64,000 nt of DNA from Balamuthia mandrillaris (lineage: Eukaryota), in assembly GCA_031835245.2 (NCBI GenBank), contig JAVKOQ020000009.1:310001-374000 (forward strand), read 5' to 3'. Shown here piece after piece: positions 1 to 13,367 of the stretch. Below the pieces are notes generated by a model. It made no database searches, was not told the origin of the DNA, and saw only the letters and a list, made by a program, of their open reading frames with translations. The first letter of the stretch is position 1, and each line of letters starts with the position of its first letter. Made by a program: the position numbers and the translations under genes.

Positions 1-18
1 GTTGTTTGCGTTCTTATT

Positions 19-1056
19 TCAAACCGGTATTCTGGGTTTCTTTCGTTTGGGTGGTTGCGATGGATCTGCTGGCTCTCGTTCTTTCGCTTCGTCTTTCTCT
101 TTTTCTTTGCGTTGTTGTCGCTGGTCATCAATGAGCTCTCTCTTAAGTTTCCTTCGTTCATTCTCTTCCTCTTTTTCTTCCGCAAGGGCACACGACATAG
201 ACCACATTTGGGTAGGCGAGGAGTATTCGTTTTCATTCGTTGGAGCTGAAGAGGTTATTGCCGCTTTTGGAACCACATTCATAACGCTTTCTTCTTCTTC
301 TTTTTCTTCTTCTTCTTCTTCTTCTTCTTCTTCTTCTTCTTCTTCTTCTCGTGGAGAAGGAGCAACAACTGAAGGAGGAAGATAACAAAGCAAGACCCGT
401 TGTACATTCCACGATGATGGCGACGATGGTGATGACAATTCAACGTCCGTTGATTGTTCAGAAGAAGTAGAAATAGGGTGAAGGACAAGGAGAGCATGAT
501 TAAAGATAGGGTGTATCTCTCCTGTTCTAGTCTCCTTGAGAGCAACCAACACGACTCTATTCTTTGCGTTGTCGTTCGTTATTGAGGCGGAGGAAGAAGA
601 AGGTTTTGTCTGATTTGTAAGAGAGAAGGGCCGAAGTTGAGAAAAGAGCTCATAGTCGTCGTCATAGTCGCTATCGTTGTTCTCTAGAAGAAGAGCAGAT
701 GGTGACGATTTGAGTCTTGGAGGTTTGTTCAAAGCTCCGCTGTATTCCCTTTGTTTGACGCTAAGAACGAACTCTCCTTCTTCTGGGCAAGATACTTGCT
801 TTTATTGTTAATACATAGTGAGTTGGTATGTTTTCGAATAAAGTGAGAAGAGAAAGAATAGAGGAACATAAAGATAGGTTGAAGAGAGGAGAGACGAACG
901 CATATGGGATCTATGGAGGAAAGACAAAGGCGCCAGTAACGCGGTTTGCCACTTTGCGCAATGCTTGTGACGGAGTAATTGTCCAGGCGAGGTGGTTCCA
1001 CTATAGCTTTGCTATTTCAAAAGGTCAGCAAAACAGACAGAAAATGAGAAAGAAAC

Positions 1057-1117
<61 letters not shown>

Positions 1118-1200
1118 CAGAGCAGAGACAGAGACAGAGCAGAGCAGAGCAGAGCAGAGCAGAGCAGAGACAGAGCAGAGCAGAGCAGAGCAGAGACAGA

Positions 1201-1240
<40 letters not shown>

Positions 1241-1650
1241 CAGAGCAGAGCAGAGCAGAGACAGAGCAGAGCAGAGCAGAGAGAGAGCAGAGCAGACAGA
1301 GCAGAGAAAGAGGCAAGAGAGACAGAGAGACAGAGAGAGAAACAGCACGAACACAGAAGCAGAGAGGAGGAAGAGAAAGAAGGGCGTTACTTTCTCGTTA
1401 GGGAAGAAGGGATGCCTCTGAAGCAAACGTTCACGAAACGTACGACGTCAGCACGTTTGCGCCTGCTCTGCGTTACTTGTTGGCTTTCAGCAAGTTTGTG
1501 CTCCAGAAAATCGTGGGGCAGTATTTTAGGATGCGCTGTAAGGGAGAACTGGTCCAGTTTGCCTTGAAGCAGAAGAGGGTGAGCAAACAAACACAGAAAG
1601 AGAGAGAGAGAAAACAGTGATGAGATCTTGCTATAACGAATCAATAACAA
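19..1650 (-). CDS. Hypothetical multi-exon protein (acidic, low-complexity C-terminus with basic NLS-like tail)
   Basis: 237-aa ORF 19..732 ending PPKRKKPRIPV, plus upstream minus-strand ORF pieces (729..1001, 1387..1650) separated by intron-like CT-repeat tracts. No family recognised; start uncertain. Confidence 0.45.
1061..1340. repeat. Compound microsatellite (GA)n / (GAGCA)n / (GAGACA)n
   Basis: Directly visible tandem GA and GCAGA units, probably intronic. Confidence 0.95.
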
Positions 1651-1911
1651 GTGAACGAAAACAATTTGCTTGCATTCATTGGTACAAACCTTGGTTCAGA
1701 GACTGTTGCTCCAAAGCACTCCTACTCTCATGGATGTCCATGGCGGGCCCTCCCTCTTCCATCCTTTGGCTGCGCTCTTTCTTCTGATGTTTGCCAGTTC
1801 TTCATGTAATTTCGATAAAATTTCCACAACCACCCAATCAGCACCTGCCACGTCGCCTGATCGAGTTTTTCGCAGATCAAGCCGCCCAAAAGAAGAGGAG
1901 GAGGAGCAAAC

Positions 1912-2700
1912 ATGGAGAGGAAAGCTTCCCTGGAAGAAATAAGAAGGATATTCTCTGAGCTCAAAAAGGAGGAGGAAAATAAGGTCTGGTGCAACACTCT
2001 CTTTGATTTTTTTAATAGCCTCGTCCAAAGACAACTGACGATAACAAGCCGTCGTGTTCTCCTATGTAATGCATTACCTGGGTTTTTTTTCCATGTTCAT
2101 TTTGTTGTTGAACTAGTGCTGTTTTGACTGTGGAGCCAAAAACGCGTCGTGGGCATCGGTAACGCACGGCGTCTTTCTCTGCATCGAATGTGCATGCTTC
2201 CATCGTGACAACATCATCCAACAAATCAGTGCCCTAAGGTATCCATTATTCCTATCTTCTTCTTCCGTTCTTCTTCTTCTTCTTCTTCTTCTTCTTCTTC
2301 TTCTTCTTCTTCTCCCCCTCTTCTTTACAAAAAAAAAAAAACAAAACAAAAACATAAAGGTCGGCAACCGAAATGGAGAGTTGGAATGTGGGTCAATTGA
2401 AGATGATGCAAGCAGGTGGCAACGCACGAGCCAAGGCGTTCTTCAAAGAGCACCAATCACGCGCCCTGGTGCCTCGCAACGAGCTTCGCTCAAAGTATGA
2501 GAACACAGTGGCTGAGCTCTACCGAAAGCAACTCTGGGCGGAGGTCTATGGCGAGGATGGGGCGGGCGACGACGTTTCCGCATTCAAGTAAAACTTCTTT
2601 TTTGGTGAGAGAGGAGCGAGGAGAAGAGAGAGGATAGGAGAGCGCGTTAACGAACGGACATTTCGTTCCTTTGCACAGCCAACATTGTCGCAAGGCATGA
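1912..2700 (+). CDS. ArfGAP domain protein
   Basis: Exons give [25 protein letters not shown] / [29 protein letters not shown] / [24 protein letters not shown]. This is the ArfGAP C4 zinc finger with the catalytic Arg and the GGN motif. Confidence 0.9.
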
Positions 2701-3032
2701 CCTTGTCCAAGTATCAAATTTTGCCTCGAGTGGTGAAAAATACGCAGGAAGAACGGTGGAAAAGAATATCGTAGGAGGGCAACCAAATGTCCTGCCACCA
2801 CCTGGCCCGCCGGATTCTCAAAAAACGCCATCGACAAGTGCGCCCTCTCAGCCCCCGGCCGTTCCTCAAGCATTTCTCTCAGGGGCGGGTTCTTGCCTCA
2901 AATCGTAGTTCTCTTTTACCATGGAGCAGGGCCATCCAGCATTCCAGCCGCGGACCAACCAAAAATTTCCCTTTTGAGAGGGGCGTAATATTGCACCTGT
3001 AACGAGAGCAGAGAGAGAGCAAAGCAAAAAAG

Positions 3033-3982
3033 ATGTCGAACAAGTGCGTGCTTACTGATCTTTTTTGTTTGTTTGTTTTCCTTCAACAAGTACTAACCAT
3101 TGTCTCCCGTTATGGTCCTCTTTTAACAGCTTTGTTTCTGCTGGCTTTGACAAGTATGGACTGGAGGTGGGTGTTCTCTTCTTTCCTTCATCATCTCTTC
3201 CCTTCCTTCTTTCCTGCTCTCTTTTGGTTGGTGTCAGCCTCCCCTCCTCATCTCTCTTCTGTCCAACACCCCCCTAGGACACCTTGAGCCAAATGGTAGG
3301 CGGCCGTGGCCAAACCGCCACCACAAGGTCCACCTCCAGCGGCCCCTCTGGAGGAGGCGGCCTCCGCACCGTCCACTTCCAGGACAACAACGCCGTTCAG
3401 GTGGCCCTCAAGGAGTTTGCCAACGACTCGGGCAACATCGACTGGGTGCTGTTGGACTATGCCGCTGGTAGCCAGGACACCCTGGTGCTGGCCTCCAAGG
3501 GCTCGGGCAGGACGCCCATGCCGCCCACCGCCGTGCAGCACCTCCTGGACGACGCCAAGGTGCAGTACCTGTTGGTCACCCAGCAGCAGGGTGGGGCTGC
3601 TCAGTACGCCTTTATCACTTGGCAGGGCGCAAGAGCACCTGCTGCTCAGGTTCAAGGTTCTCTTCCTTTGCTTCTCTGCTTCTCCTTTTCTTCTTCCCTG
3701 CCTTCTTTGTTTCATGTGCTCTTCAAAACTTATGGTTCATGTTTTGTTTTGGTTTTAGCTTCTGCTGCGCATAAGAAAGAGTTGCATGCTCACTTTGCGG
3801 TTTGTATCTTTGCTCTCTCCTCTCTCTTTGGTTTTTATTGCGTTTGAAAAAAAAAACCAACATATTTATTTCGTTGCGCTTGCAGAAAGAGTTTAGGACT
3901 ATCACTGGCAAAGCTCTCCAATCTGGTGAGCTTAGAGGATAAAGCACTAACCCACAACTGTTTCATACTTTCCGGATGTATA
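3033..3982 (+). CDS. ADF-H (cofilin/coactosin/drebrin-like) domain protein with N-terminal membrane segment
   Basis: ORF 3284..3847: ALKEFANDSGNIDWVLLDY...LVLASKGSG...LDDAKVQYLL...YAFITWQG matches the ADF-H pattern. Ends approximate. Confidence 0.65.
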
Positions 3983-4050
3983 ACACCTGTTCTCGTTCCA
4001 TATTGTTCCAGCAAAAAAAGAGATAAAGCTTACAGTACAATTACAATTTT

Positions 4051-4410
4051 TTATTGAGCGGTGAACAGCTTTGTATTCCATGAGAGACGACGGTTCTTCT
4101 TGACCTGTACGTCATCTTCAGGGCTGCTGCTGCCACTGCCACTGCCGCCAATACCATCTTTCATGTCCTGAAAGACGGTTGCCAACAGAGAATTGCCAGT
4201 ATTTCTGCCGACACTGCCACCAGTGATCGTTCCGCTGTTGTTTTCTTCGGTGTTCACGAGGCTTTCCAAAGATGACAACCTGCTCTTGAATGTCTCCAAC
4301 ATATCGTACAATCCTGTTCATCATTGAAGAAGAAGAAGCAGAAGGAGAAGAAGGAAGAAGAAGAAGAAACACAAGAAAGATAAATTAACATAAGACAGAC
4401 GATGGGGTGA

Positions 4411-4458
<48 letters not shown>

Positions 4459-6789
4459 GAAAGTGGTGTAAAAAGAAGAAATTACCTCCAAACTGTTTGC
4501 TAAGATCTCGCTTCTCCTTTTCAAAGCGAGCGGGAAGTGGCGGTGAGTTACCATTGCTATTGGACAAAGAGGAAGATGCTTCTTTGGCGCGAAGAATTTG
4601 CAGCTGCAAATCTCTTTTGGACTTTGTCTCCGACTGCAGCTTCAATTTGAAGAGCTTCAACTCCTCCGATAAGACGTGCGCGCGTTGTTTTTCCATCAAC
4701 AGCATCAGATGCAGCAACCGTTTACTGGGCGTAATATTTCCTTGAACTGGCCGTAACGTGTCAGTCAAAAGACTACCTTCGCTGTTGAACTTGCCCAACA
4801 ACTCTTGCAACATTTGCTTCTTCTTAAGTTTTTCCTCTTCGCTGGTCTGCAAGACCGCCGAATACAGCGCCAAAATTACCTCCAATGCTTCTTTCGTGTG
4901 CAACAAGTTTTCTTCCGTTTCCTCCTTCGTTGCTGCCGTTTGCTCGTTTTCTTCTTTCTTGTCCGTCGCTTCATCTCGTTCTTTTTGTTTTTGTTGTTGG
5001 GGTTGTCGTTGTTGCTGCTGTTGGAACAACGCCTTGTCCAACGAAGAGATTATGTCTTCCTTCCGTGCCACAATGTTGTCCAGCACAAACTGATGAGCGC
5101 TCCACTTGGTTCGTATTCGTCTTGGCTCTCCTCCAGCGTTTGCTGCTGCAGCTGAGGCAGCAGCACCCATGGCACCCACATCATAGTAAAAGGAAGTACG
5201 ATGTGTGCCTGGTCCGCCGGTGCGTCTGTTGCTATAGAAGGAGCTATCCAGAGGAACGTGGACCAAGGTTTGTAGGAAGCGTTGCATACGGGGTTGATTT
5301 TCCTCGATGAAGCTGTTCATGACGGCCATGTAGGCTTCTTTCTCGCCAAAGGCCACATTGTAGGCCACGTTGGAGATCACCTTTGATATCAGCATCAACG
5401 ACCGGAAAGCTCTTGGACTTGGATTTTCTGTGTATGGGGTATTGTAAGTGAATGGCAAAATAACGAGAGAGACAAGAGAAAGAGAACCCGAAAGGAGGCC
5501 AAAGGCAGTTGGGGAGACAAGAGCTGGGGCGATGAAGCGGAGAAAATAAAAGTTGCTGACGACAGTATTGCACATGTTTGGAAATCTTTGGGCCACTTCA
5601 TGTTGCGCCTCCAGAAAAGTGAACTTGAGTGAGCTGTCCATTACAACCGATGGAATGTGAGCAGAGTGTGCTACAGTAAATAGGGGGTGTTGTTACCTAG
5701 GAAAGGCGTCTGTAGAGTCGTAAAGGATGTTAAGCACTTCCTGTGCAGCCTCTCCCAATCTCTTTTGATTTCGCTTCAGGTCCTCTCCTTTGCTTACACG
5801 CATTGGATCCACCTTTAGCATAGAGATGAAAGATGGCGATTCTTAAAAGATAATAGGAGAGGAGTGATGAGAGGAGAGAAAGGAGAGAGAAACACGAGAA
5901 CAGAGAAATAAAAGGACACGGAGAAAGGTAAAACCTCCATGTCAACGTTATCCTCACAAATTCGTTGTATGAACGGCCGCAGGGTTGCCCTAAGGTAGTT
6001 GGCTCCTCGTCTTTTACATTCCAGAGAGAAGAGGTAGGTGGCCAGCCCTGACTGCCGAAACAGAGTTCGTTCCTCTGCAATGTCTAACCATGATGAAGAG
6101 ACACCGAGTCGTTCGTTATTTCTTGTTGAAACAAAAACGAAAATGAAAAAAATACAGCAAAGGAGAAGGAAAGAAAGACGAGAGGAGTACAAAAGAAGAA
6201 GCATGAAGAGCGACGCATGAAGAAAGACGAGAGAAGAAAGAACTACAAAGAAGAACAGGAGAGAACTTGAACGAAGAAAGAAGAATAGGAGGAGGAAGAA
6301 AAACATACTAGTGATAGCGACTTCTTTGCGCAACGCCCAAATGACAAGGCGAGCCTCCCTGTTCCGCCCCTCAAAAATGTTCATGAGGGCCTTGCTCCAC
6401 GTAGCATGATCGTCCACTTTGATGCACTCGTACAACACCGAAAAGAGACCATACGACTCGATCAACAACTTTGTTTGTGTTCACCCCCACACAAATTTTT
6501 AAAAGAGAATGATTAAAATAAAAACGCACAAGTGGAAATAAAGAGAGCATACGTTTTCCAACTCCAAGTATGGATTTTTCTTGTTCTTGAGCTCCCAATA
6601 GTCCATTTCGTCATCTTGCTCCGCGCTGGAGGAGGAGGGTTTGAGGTGCTGCTGTCCCGGTTTGCCATCGTCGCCCTTTTTCTGGTTCCGGCGCTTCAGG
6701 AGCACCACCTCCTCTCCGCTGAGCCGTCGAAGCGGATTGCTGGTCACCGTAACCACTTCCTTGTTCTTCTTTGGTCGCTTTAGCATCAT
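4051..6789 (-). CDS. Ras GTPase-activating protein (RasGAP) with C-terminal coiled coil
   Basis: TLFRQSGLAT (arginine-finger region) and VVSNFYFLRFIAPALVSP...LMLISKVISNVA...FGEKEAYMAVMNSFIEEN (FLR motif) across several exons. Confidence 0.9.
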
Positions 6790-7112
6790 TTCTGTGGTCC
6801 AGTTTTTCTTTCTTTCGTGGTGGTCTTCTGCTCCAACACCTCGGTTCTTTCTTTCTGCTGTTCTATTTTTTTCAGAGGAATTTTTTTTTGGGGTTAATTT
6901 GTGCAATATTCGTTATGATTGGTTGATAGTCTTTGATTATCATTGGTCGATTGAATTTAATCTTCGGTTGCCGGGCAGCTAGCGTATCCTGGTTACGCAT
7001 TGATGACATCGCCTCCTTCGATCCGTTTAGATTGTTATAGAGTCGACAAAATATTTACTCCAATCCAAAATCAAATAAATTATTGTCGACGATACAAAAT
7101 CGGCCAAGACTT

Positions 7113-7443
7113 TTATTCATCCAGCATGAGCGTGGAAGTGGTTTGTACGTGTTCGGCGTGTTCGTCCTCCTCGCTGTCGTCCAACGGCGGCTTGAACGGG
7201 TTCTCCACGGCGAAACCGCCGCGCTTGTTGTGGAAGATGCCCATGTTACGCGCTCTCTTGATGGTCTTGGCCAGCTTGCGTTGATGCTTGGCGCAGCAGC
7301 CGCTCACTCTCTTAGGGAATATTAGCCCTGTTCCTGTCATGAACGACATCAGCAGAGGTACATTCTATTTGCATAGTAATGAACAAACAGCAGGTTAGAA
7401 GGTTGAAAGTTGGGTTTGTTCTTTTAAAAAATGGACCGCAACT

Positions 7444-7485
<42 letters not shown>

Positions 7486-8773
7486 TAGGTTACCATGGGA
7501 TCCAATTCGGGCCTGGCCCAAAAAGGCCGACAAAACACGCAAGCCTTCTGTCGAACAAACTGTGGTTTGCGGTCTTCTTCATCGCGTGCCTCGAGGTAGC
7601 CACCCTTTGCTCCGCCCTCTTCCATTTCTCCACTGCCTTCTTCCACTCCCCCCTCTGCAAACTCTGCTCCTTCCCCCTCTTCCGCTTCCGCTTCCTCTGC
7701 ATCCTCGTTCTCGTCCTCATTCAAGTCGTCCTCATCATCTCCTCCGTGCATTTCCAGGGTGACCCCCTTCATAAACGCCCTGTCCTCCTCCCTCAGCTTC
7801 TCCAATGGGGTTTGGATGCTGCTGACCGACTCGTAGTCGGCCGGCTCGAAACTGGTGGCGAAGATCTGGGTACGCCTCTGGAACTTCCTCCTCTCCCTCT
7901 CCATCTGCTCCAGCTCTCGCTGCTCCGCCAGCTCCTCCTGCAGCAGCCCTGCGTCGGAGACCTGCAGGCCGAACCGGTTGCCTCCGGCCTTGATCACTGC
8001 CTTTGTTGGCTCCTCCTTGGCCAGGGCGAGCAGCTTCCTCAGGCCGAGCTGGTTGTCAAAGAACCGGTGGACCTGACGCTCGTGGAGCTTGTCGAACCTG
8101 CCCTCGCTAAGGGCGCGCTCCAGCTCCGCGTCCGCCTGCTTGGCGTTGGCCCAGGCCAGCGTGGCATCCACCCTCTGCTGCTCCGTGTGTCGCTCGTACC
8201 ACTCGGGGTTGAAGAGGGCGTAGGGCAGCTGGTTCTTGCACTCGATCCAGGCGTTGCTCTTCAACCAGGTGCGTTCGTGCTCGGGAGTACGCTCCAAGGT
8301 CCGTTGGATGTCTTCCAGCTTGGAGAGCAGTTTTTGTCTGAGGTCCCTTCCTTGAGTATTCGCCCAATTGGGTAGGTTGTGAGAAGGAGTGGCAGAGGGA
8401 GAGGGAGAGGAAGATGGCGAAGTACCAGGAACAACTCCACTACGACTGAAGGTGAACGGCGGCGGTTGGGCATTCTGTTTACCAACAAAGAAATAAACAA
8501 GACAAAAAAACAAAAAATAAATAAAGAAAGAAAGGGCAACAAAAAAGAGGAGGAAAAATAAGATTGGATTTGTACATTTTCTTCGCGGAGAGGGAGGGCA
8601 GGGCGGAACGATCGACGAGAGGGAGTAGCGGCAGGCCAAAGCGACGGCTGCACTGACGCACTCATCCACAACGAACTACCGGTCCGCCATCCTTTGCCAG
8701 CATAGCAAGGGAACTGGCTGTAGCGTAGGCCCAAGGCCAAGCCCCTGGTGGTGCTACTTGTGGCGGGCTTCAT
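7113..8773 (-). CDS. Mitochondrial ribosomal protein S18 (bS18m) with long N-terminal extension
   Basis: C-terminal exons ACVFC...ELDPM / NVPLLMSFMTGTGLIFPKRVSGCCAKHQRKLAKTIKRARNMGI form the S18 signature. The N-terminus resembles a mitochondrial targeting peptide. Confidence 0.8.
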
Positions 8774-8968
8774 CCTTTGCTTTGCTTTTCTTCCCTTCTC
8801 TCTTTTTTATTGCTATTTTTTCACGTCGTCTTGAGAACATGTTCAGCAGAAGAATTTTTATCCATATTTTTTTTTATTTCAAATTATTTCAAATTATTCT
8901 CTTTTTTTTCGTTTTGTTGCTTTTTCTTCACAGCAATCACATTCAACAAGCATGGGAGGTCAAGGTTG

Positions 8969-11426
8969 TCAGTGGGAGGAAAGCAGCTTGGTGGCGGCTG
9001 ACAACCATGCCTTGGAGTCCACTCCAGGAACCTTCGACAGCCAACGCTTTGACTTTTGGGCCATCATGGACCAATCCATGCGCAAAGCGCTCAGTTTTAC
9101 TTCCAAGAATGCAAGAGCCAGCGCGGTGGCCCATGCTCTCAGCAGCTCTTCTTCCTCCTTTTGCGGAGGAGGAGAGGGAATTGAGGTTTGCAGTTTTTGG
9201 AGGGTGAGAGAAGAGGAAGCTGAGCGAAGAATGGAAACCAGGTCTTGGGTGAGGGCGTAGGAGCCATTGGCGCGTTGGAGAGTAACAAGGCGAGAGAGGA
9301 GCTGATGATGCTGTTCCGAAGAAGGAGAAGAAGAAGGAGAAGTGGCGGGTGAGAAGGAACTCTCGGTGTTATATTCTTCACGTGCTTGCTCGTTTATCAT
9401 TTGGAAGTTTTCAAAACCTCCAGCGGATCGAACCTGGCTATGTTGACTATATTGATAATGCTCTACCCCTGCGCTTCCTCCTCTTCCTAGACCTCTTCCG
9501 CCCCTTCCGCCTCGTCCTCCTCCTCCTCTTCCTCCACCGCCTCCTCTTCCACCATAGCCAAAGCCTAAATGGCTGTCAGCAGAGCTACTGCTTCTCTTTC
9601 GCTTCTTTGTAGGACTTCTGCTCCTGCTCCTGCTCCTGCTCCTGCTTCTTCTGCATCTATCCCTCTCTCTGTCCCTGCTGCGACGTCGACGGGATGAACT
9701 GTCCCCACCATGAGCTGCTGGTGTCAACGGCACAACGCGTCGTACAAGAGTGCCAGAAGTGGCTTCGGTGCGTTCTTCCACAGCCACAAAAGATGCGTGC
9801 CTAGACAGCAATTGGTGTCTATTGTCAACAAGAAAGCATTACAGTCAGGTAAGGACCGAATAAAAGAAAGAACAAAAGGAAAGACGAAACTTACCGGGTA
9901 CTCAGGCTAATGATTTCATCTTTGAACGATGCCTCGTTGGCGGCTTCTCGTTGTTCCAACTCTAGAATTCTCGCTCTGGCCGCCAGCTGTCGAATGCCAG
10001 GTTGCGTGCCTCGCAGCGGCACGCTCAGCCTCACCACGTCTGACACGTTTGGTTCCATGTCAAGGATGAGCACCACCGAATCGGGGTTGTTCTCTGTGAA
10101 ATATGCTTCCTCCTTCTCTCCTTGAGCCTTTGCTTCTAACTCCATCACTTCCTGCGTGGTAGTCTCTTCTTTGTCCTTATCCTTGTTGTCTTGTTCGGCT
10201 CTCTCCTCTTCCTCTTCTCCTTTAGCCTCTGCCTGTTCTGTGCGTAGCTTCTTAGAAGGGCTCGGCTTGTCTTCTTCTGTTCCATTTTTAACAGAGCTAT
10301 TGGCTTGCTTCAGTAGGCCAAAGAGAGTGTACCTGGACCCAGGAAACATGCTTGGCATAGTTTCTGGCACCAACTGTATCTCCTGTGTTTTACCATTCTT
10401 CGCCTGCATACTCTCGGGCCAAACCACTTGTATGCCAGAGCCAGCAATTGAGGGCTGGGTGGAAAGGTTCAGCTGACGTATGACGGTGCTTTCCAAGCGT
10501 TCTCCAGGGGTCACAAACTCGGCTGTACCTCCACCGGCTCGCGCCACACCACGTACCAAAGAACGTGAGACGGAATGGCCAATGCCCAAAGAGAACAAGC
10601 GAACAGAAGGAAGTTGATTGGCCAACTCTTTGGGAGAAGGTAGAAAAGTTGCAGAAGAAGACGATGACGAGGATGAGGATTGCTGTGAGCTCGAATGCAG
10701 AGAGCGGCACTTGCGTGATCCGCGATTGCCACAGTCGCAATAGAAGCCACCGAACTTGGGAAGCTTTGAGAGCTTGTGGCCTTTATGGCATGTTTCCTTG
10801 CATACCACGCAACAGCCTGATAAAACAATATTAACAAGATGAAATCAGCAAACTATTCAACAAAAATAGATAAAAGACAAGGAAAGAAAACAGGAGAAGA
10901 AGAATCGCCTTACCATCGTTCGTGTTTGGGAAGCAGGTATCGCAATGGTAGTAAAACTGGTTGTGGTAATTTTGAGCGGTTACGGGAAACGAGCAACTAC
11001 CGTTATCCAATGTTGCTTGTACGGAAGAATCGACCTTTCTTTCTGAAAGTTGTTAAAGAGCAAGGTAAGTATGTTTTCGTCTTATAAAACCTAAAAGGAA
11101 GAAAAAAAAACTTACCTCGATGTTCCTGCACCAAAGTGATGATGTGATCCGTGTTGGAGACTTCACCATCCGTTAGCAAGAATATTTGTCGGTGATAACC
11201 TTCATGCCAAGGAATGGTGTAGGCATAATAAAGCGGATCATCCAGTCGTGTACCTCCCATGTTTGCACGCATTGCGTCCACATGAGAGCTGGCCTCTTGC
11301 AAAGTGTTCTCATCGTAGGAACGACTCTCTGGAAAGAGAGTTGAATACTCGGAACCAAAACTGATGACTGATTTGAAAAAGCTTGATGAGTACAAGACAT
11401 TGAATAAAATACCAAAGAAAGGACAA

Positions 11427-11474
<48 letters not shown>

Positions 11475-12868
11475 CTGTTAAATTTACAATCCTCGGGTAG
11501 ACTGCGAAGGAAAAGCTGCAACGCGCTTTTGGCCTGGGACATTAACGCGCCGCTCATACTGCCCGAACGGTCCACTGAAGTTAGAAAATATCAAGCATGT
11601 CAGCAAAAAGGAAGAAGAAGAAGAGAGCAAAAGAGAGAAGCGAGACGCACCTAAAAAGATAAACTCGCATCTAAACTCATTAACAGAAGAAGGTACCTCC
11701 GGAACAACTGTAACAACAGCAGCCCCTCCATCAGGGTCCAACCATGCTCTCGCCTCATAAGGGTCCTTCTGTCTGACCTGCAGCACAAAGTCACGGTCCA
11801 TGCTTACCTCCTGTTGGGCAAGAGAGACAGATGCCGTTCTTTCTCCTTGCAGCTCCAACTTGATGGGATGAGAGGGCGACTCTATGCTGCGAATGGCAGA
11901 CGGCATTGATACGGATAGAGAAAGAGAAAGACCATAGCTTGGTGAGGATGACGAAGAGGAGGAGGAGGAAACGATCTCCGAGTGGATGGCTTGTTCTTCC
12001 GAGGTGGAGGTGGAGGCCTGATAGCGCGAAGCTATCGTTGTAGGGAGCATAAAACGTATCTGGTCGGACCCTTCTGCTTGCAATTCACCCACCAATTCCA
12101 TCTGAAAACAAAGCAATGCCCGGTGTCAATAGGGAACTGCAAAACAAGAACAAGAGCAAGAGAGCATGGGAGGGTGCCTACCGTTATGGTACATTCTTTG
12201 CCAGGCGACAGGTTGCCGATATTGACTTTGAATATGTCGTCTTTCTCTGCAAGTGTGAAGGAAAAAAAAAAGTAAGATCAGCAAACGCAGGTAAGAGGAC
12301 AGCGATAAAGAAGAACAGCAGATAGCAACCACGAAGGGAACGATGACAGAGATAATAGTAACGCTACGAAGAGGACAAATGCGACGGCCTTAGACCAAGA
12401 ACGAGAACGAGAACGAGACCAAGAACGAGAGCGAGAACGAGAACGAGAACGATGCTACAGGATAAGAGGTAACGCACTGTGTTCAAGCAAATAAGCGCCA
12501 TGCCCTTCGGCAATGGCGTCGTCGTAGAGGTCCTGCGCCTCTTGGTTCGCCTTGACCTCACCCACCACGGTCCTTCCCTCCACCTCCGCTCTGAAGCCAC
12601 AAACGGAGGAGCTCTCCTCCAAAGGAAAGACAAACGTGACTTCCAATGGGTTCTCCTCTTCATTGAGGTAACGCTGAGTAATGGTGAGGTGACTCATAAG
12701 ATCACACAACTCTCCCTTGACCTCAACACTTTGCAAGGCAATGGGAACGGACTTGCCACCGGAATGAGCAACACAACCCCAGAGACCCCATTTAGCACTG
12801 TGATGAGAACGAGAGGAGTGGTGAGAGCTTTGAGAGTGGTGGTGGCTTCGGCGGTATCGTGAGGACAT
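8969..12868 (-). CDS. VIT + vWA domain protein (VWA5A/PARP4-like) with inserted UBR-type zinc finger
   Basis: VIT: ITQRYLNEEENPLEVTFVFPLEESSSVCGFRAEV. vWA MIDAS: DRSGSMSG, NMGGT, LLTDGEV, LFSLGIG. Cys/His insert CKETCHKGH...FYCDCG. C-terminal LQRANGSY...WATALALAFLE. Confidence 0.9.
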
Positions 12869-13210
12869 TAGACCTGTTGTTAATGTTTTTGTTTGTGGAT
12901 AGTTGTTGGAAAGCGGGACTTTTGCGAAAAAAACAGACAGGTTAACGACCGTTTATAAAGGATTCTCGAAAGGTAAGGGTGCGTTACGAACGAAAAAGAA
13001 AAGAATCTTCGTCGCTTCTTTGCTTTCTTCTATATTATCCTCTGACGTGGCATTTTCCATATTCCAGAACTGCTGAGGTGTGATTAACCCTATGACATCA
13101 CTATACCCTTTTACAGTACATCGTGACATCAGCGCAATTTAGCCAAAAAAATAAAAGAAAGAAAGATGGAATGGGGCAGCCTGCTGCAAGGTTTGTTGTT
13201 AACAGATCCT

Positions 13211-13302
13211 CCTCTGCCTCTGCCTCTGCCTCTGCCTCTGCCTCTGCCTCTGCCTCTGCCTCTGCCTCTGTCTCTGCCTCTGCCCCTGCCCCTGCCCCTG
13301 CC
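13211..13302. repeat. (GCCTCT)n / (GCCCCT)n hexamer microsatellite
   Basis: Visible tandem hexamers in the 5' region of the next gene. Confidence 0.9.
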
Positions 13303-13367
13303 TCTCTCGTGCTCTTTCTGATCATGTGCCCTGCCACTCTCTATTTGTGTGGGGAAAAAACAAAGAT

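Noticed and set aside
828..1426. ORFs rich in ER/AEQSR or LS/LCSA repeats
   Set aside because: Translations of GA and GAGCA microsatellites.
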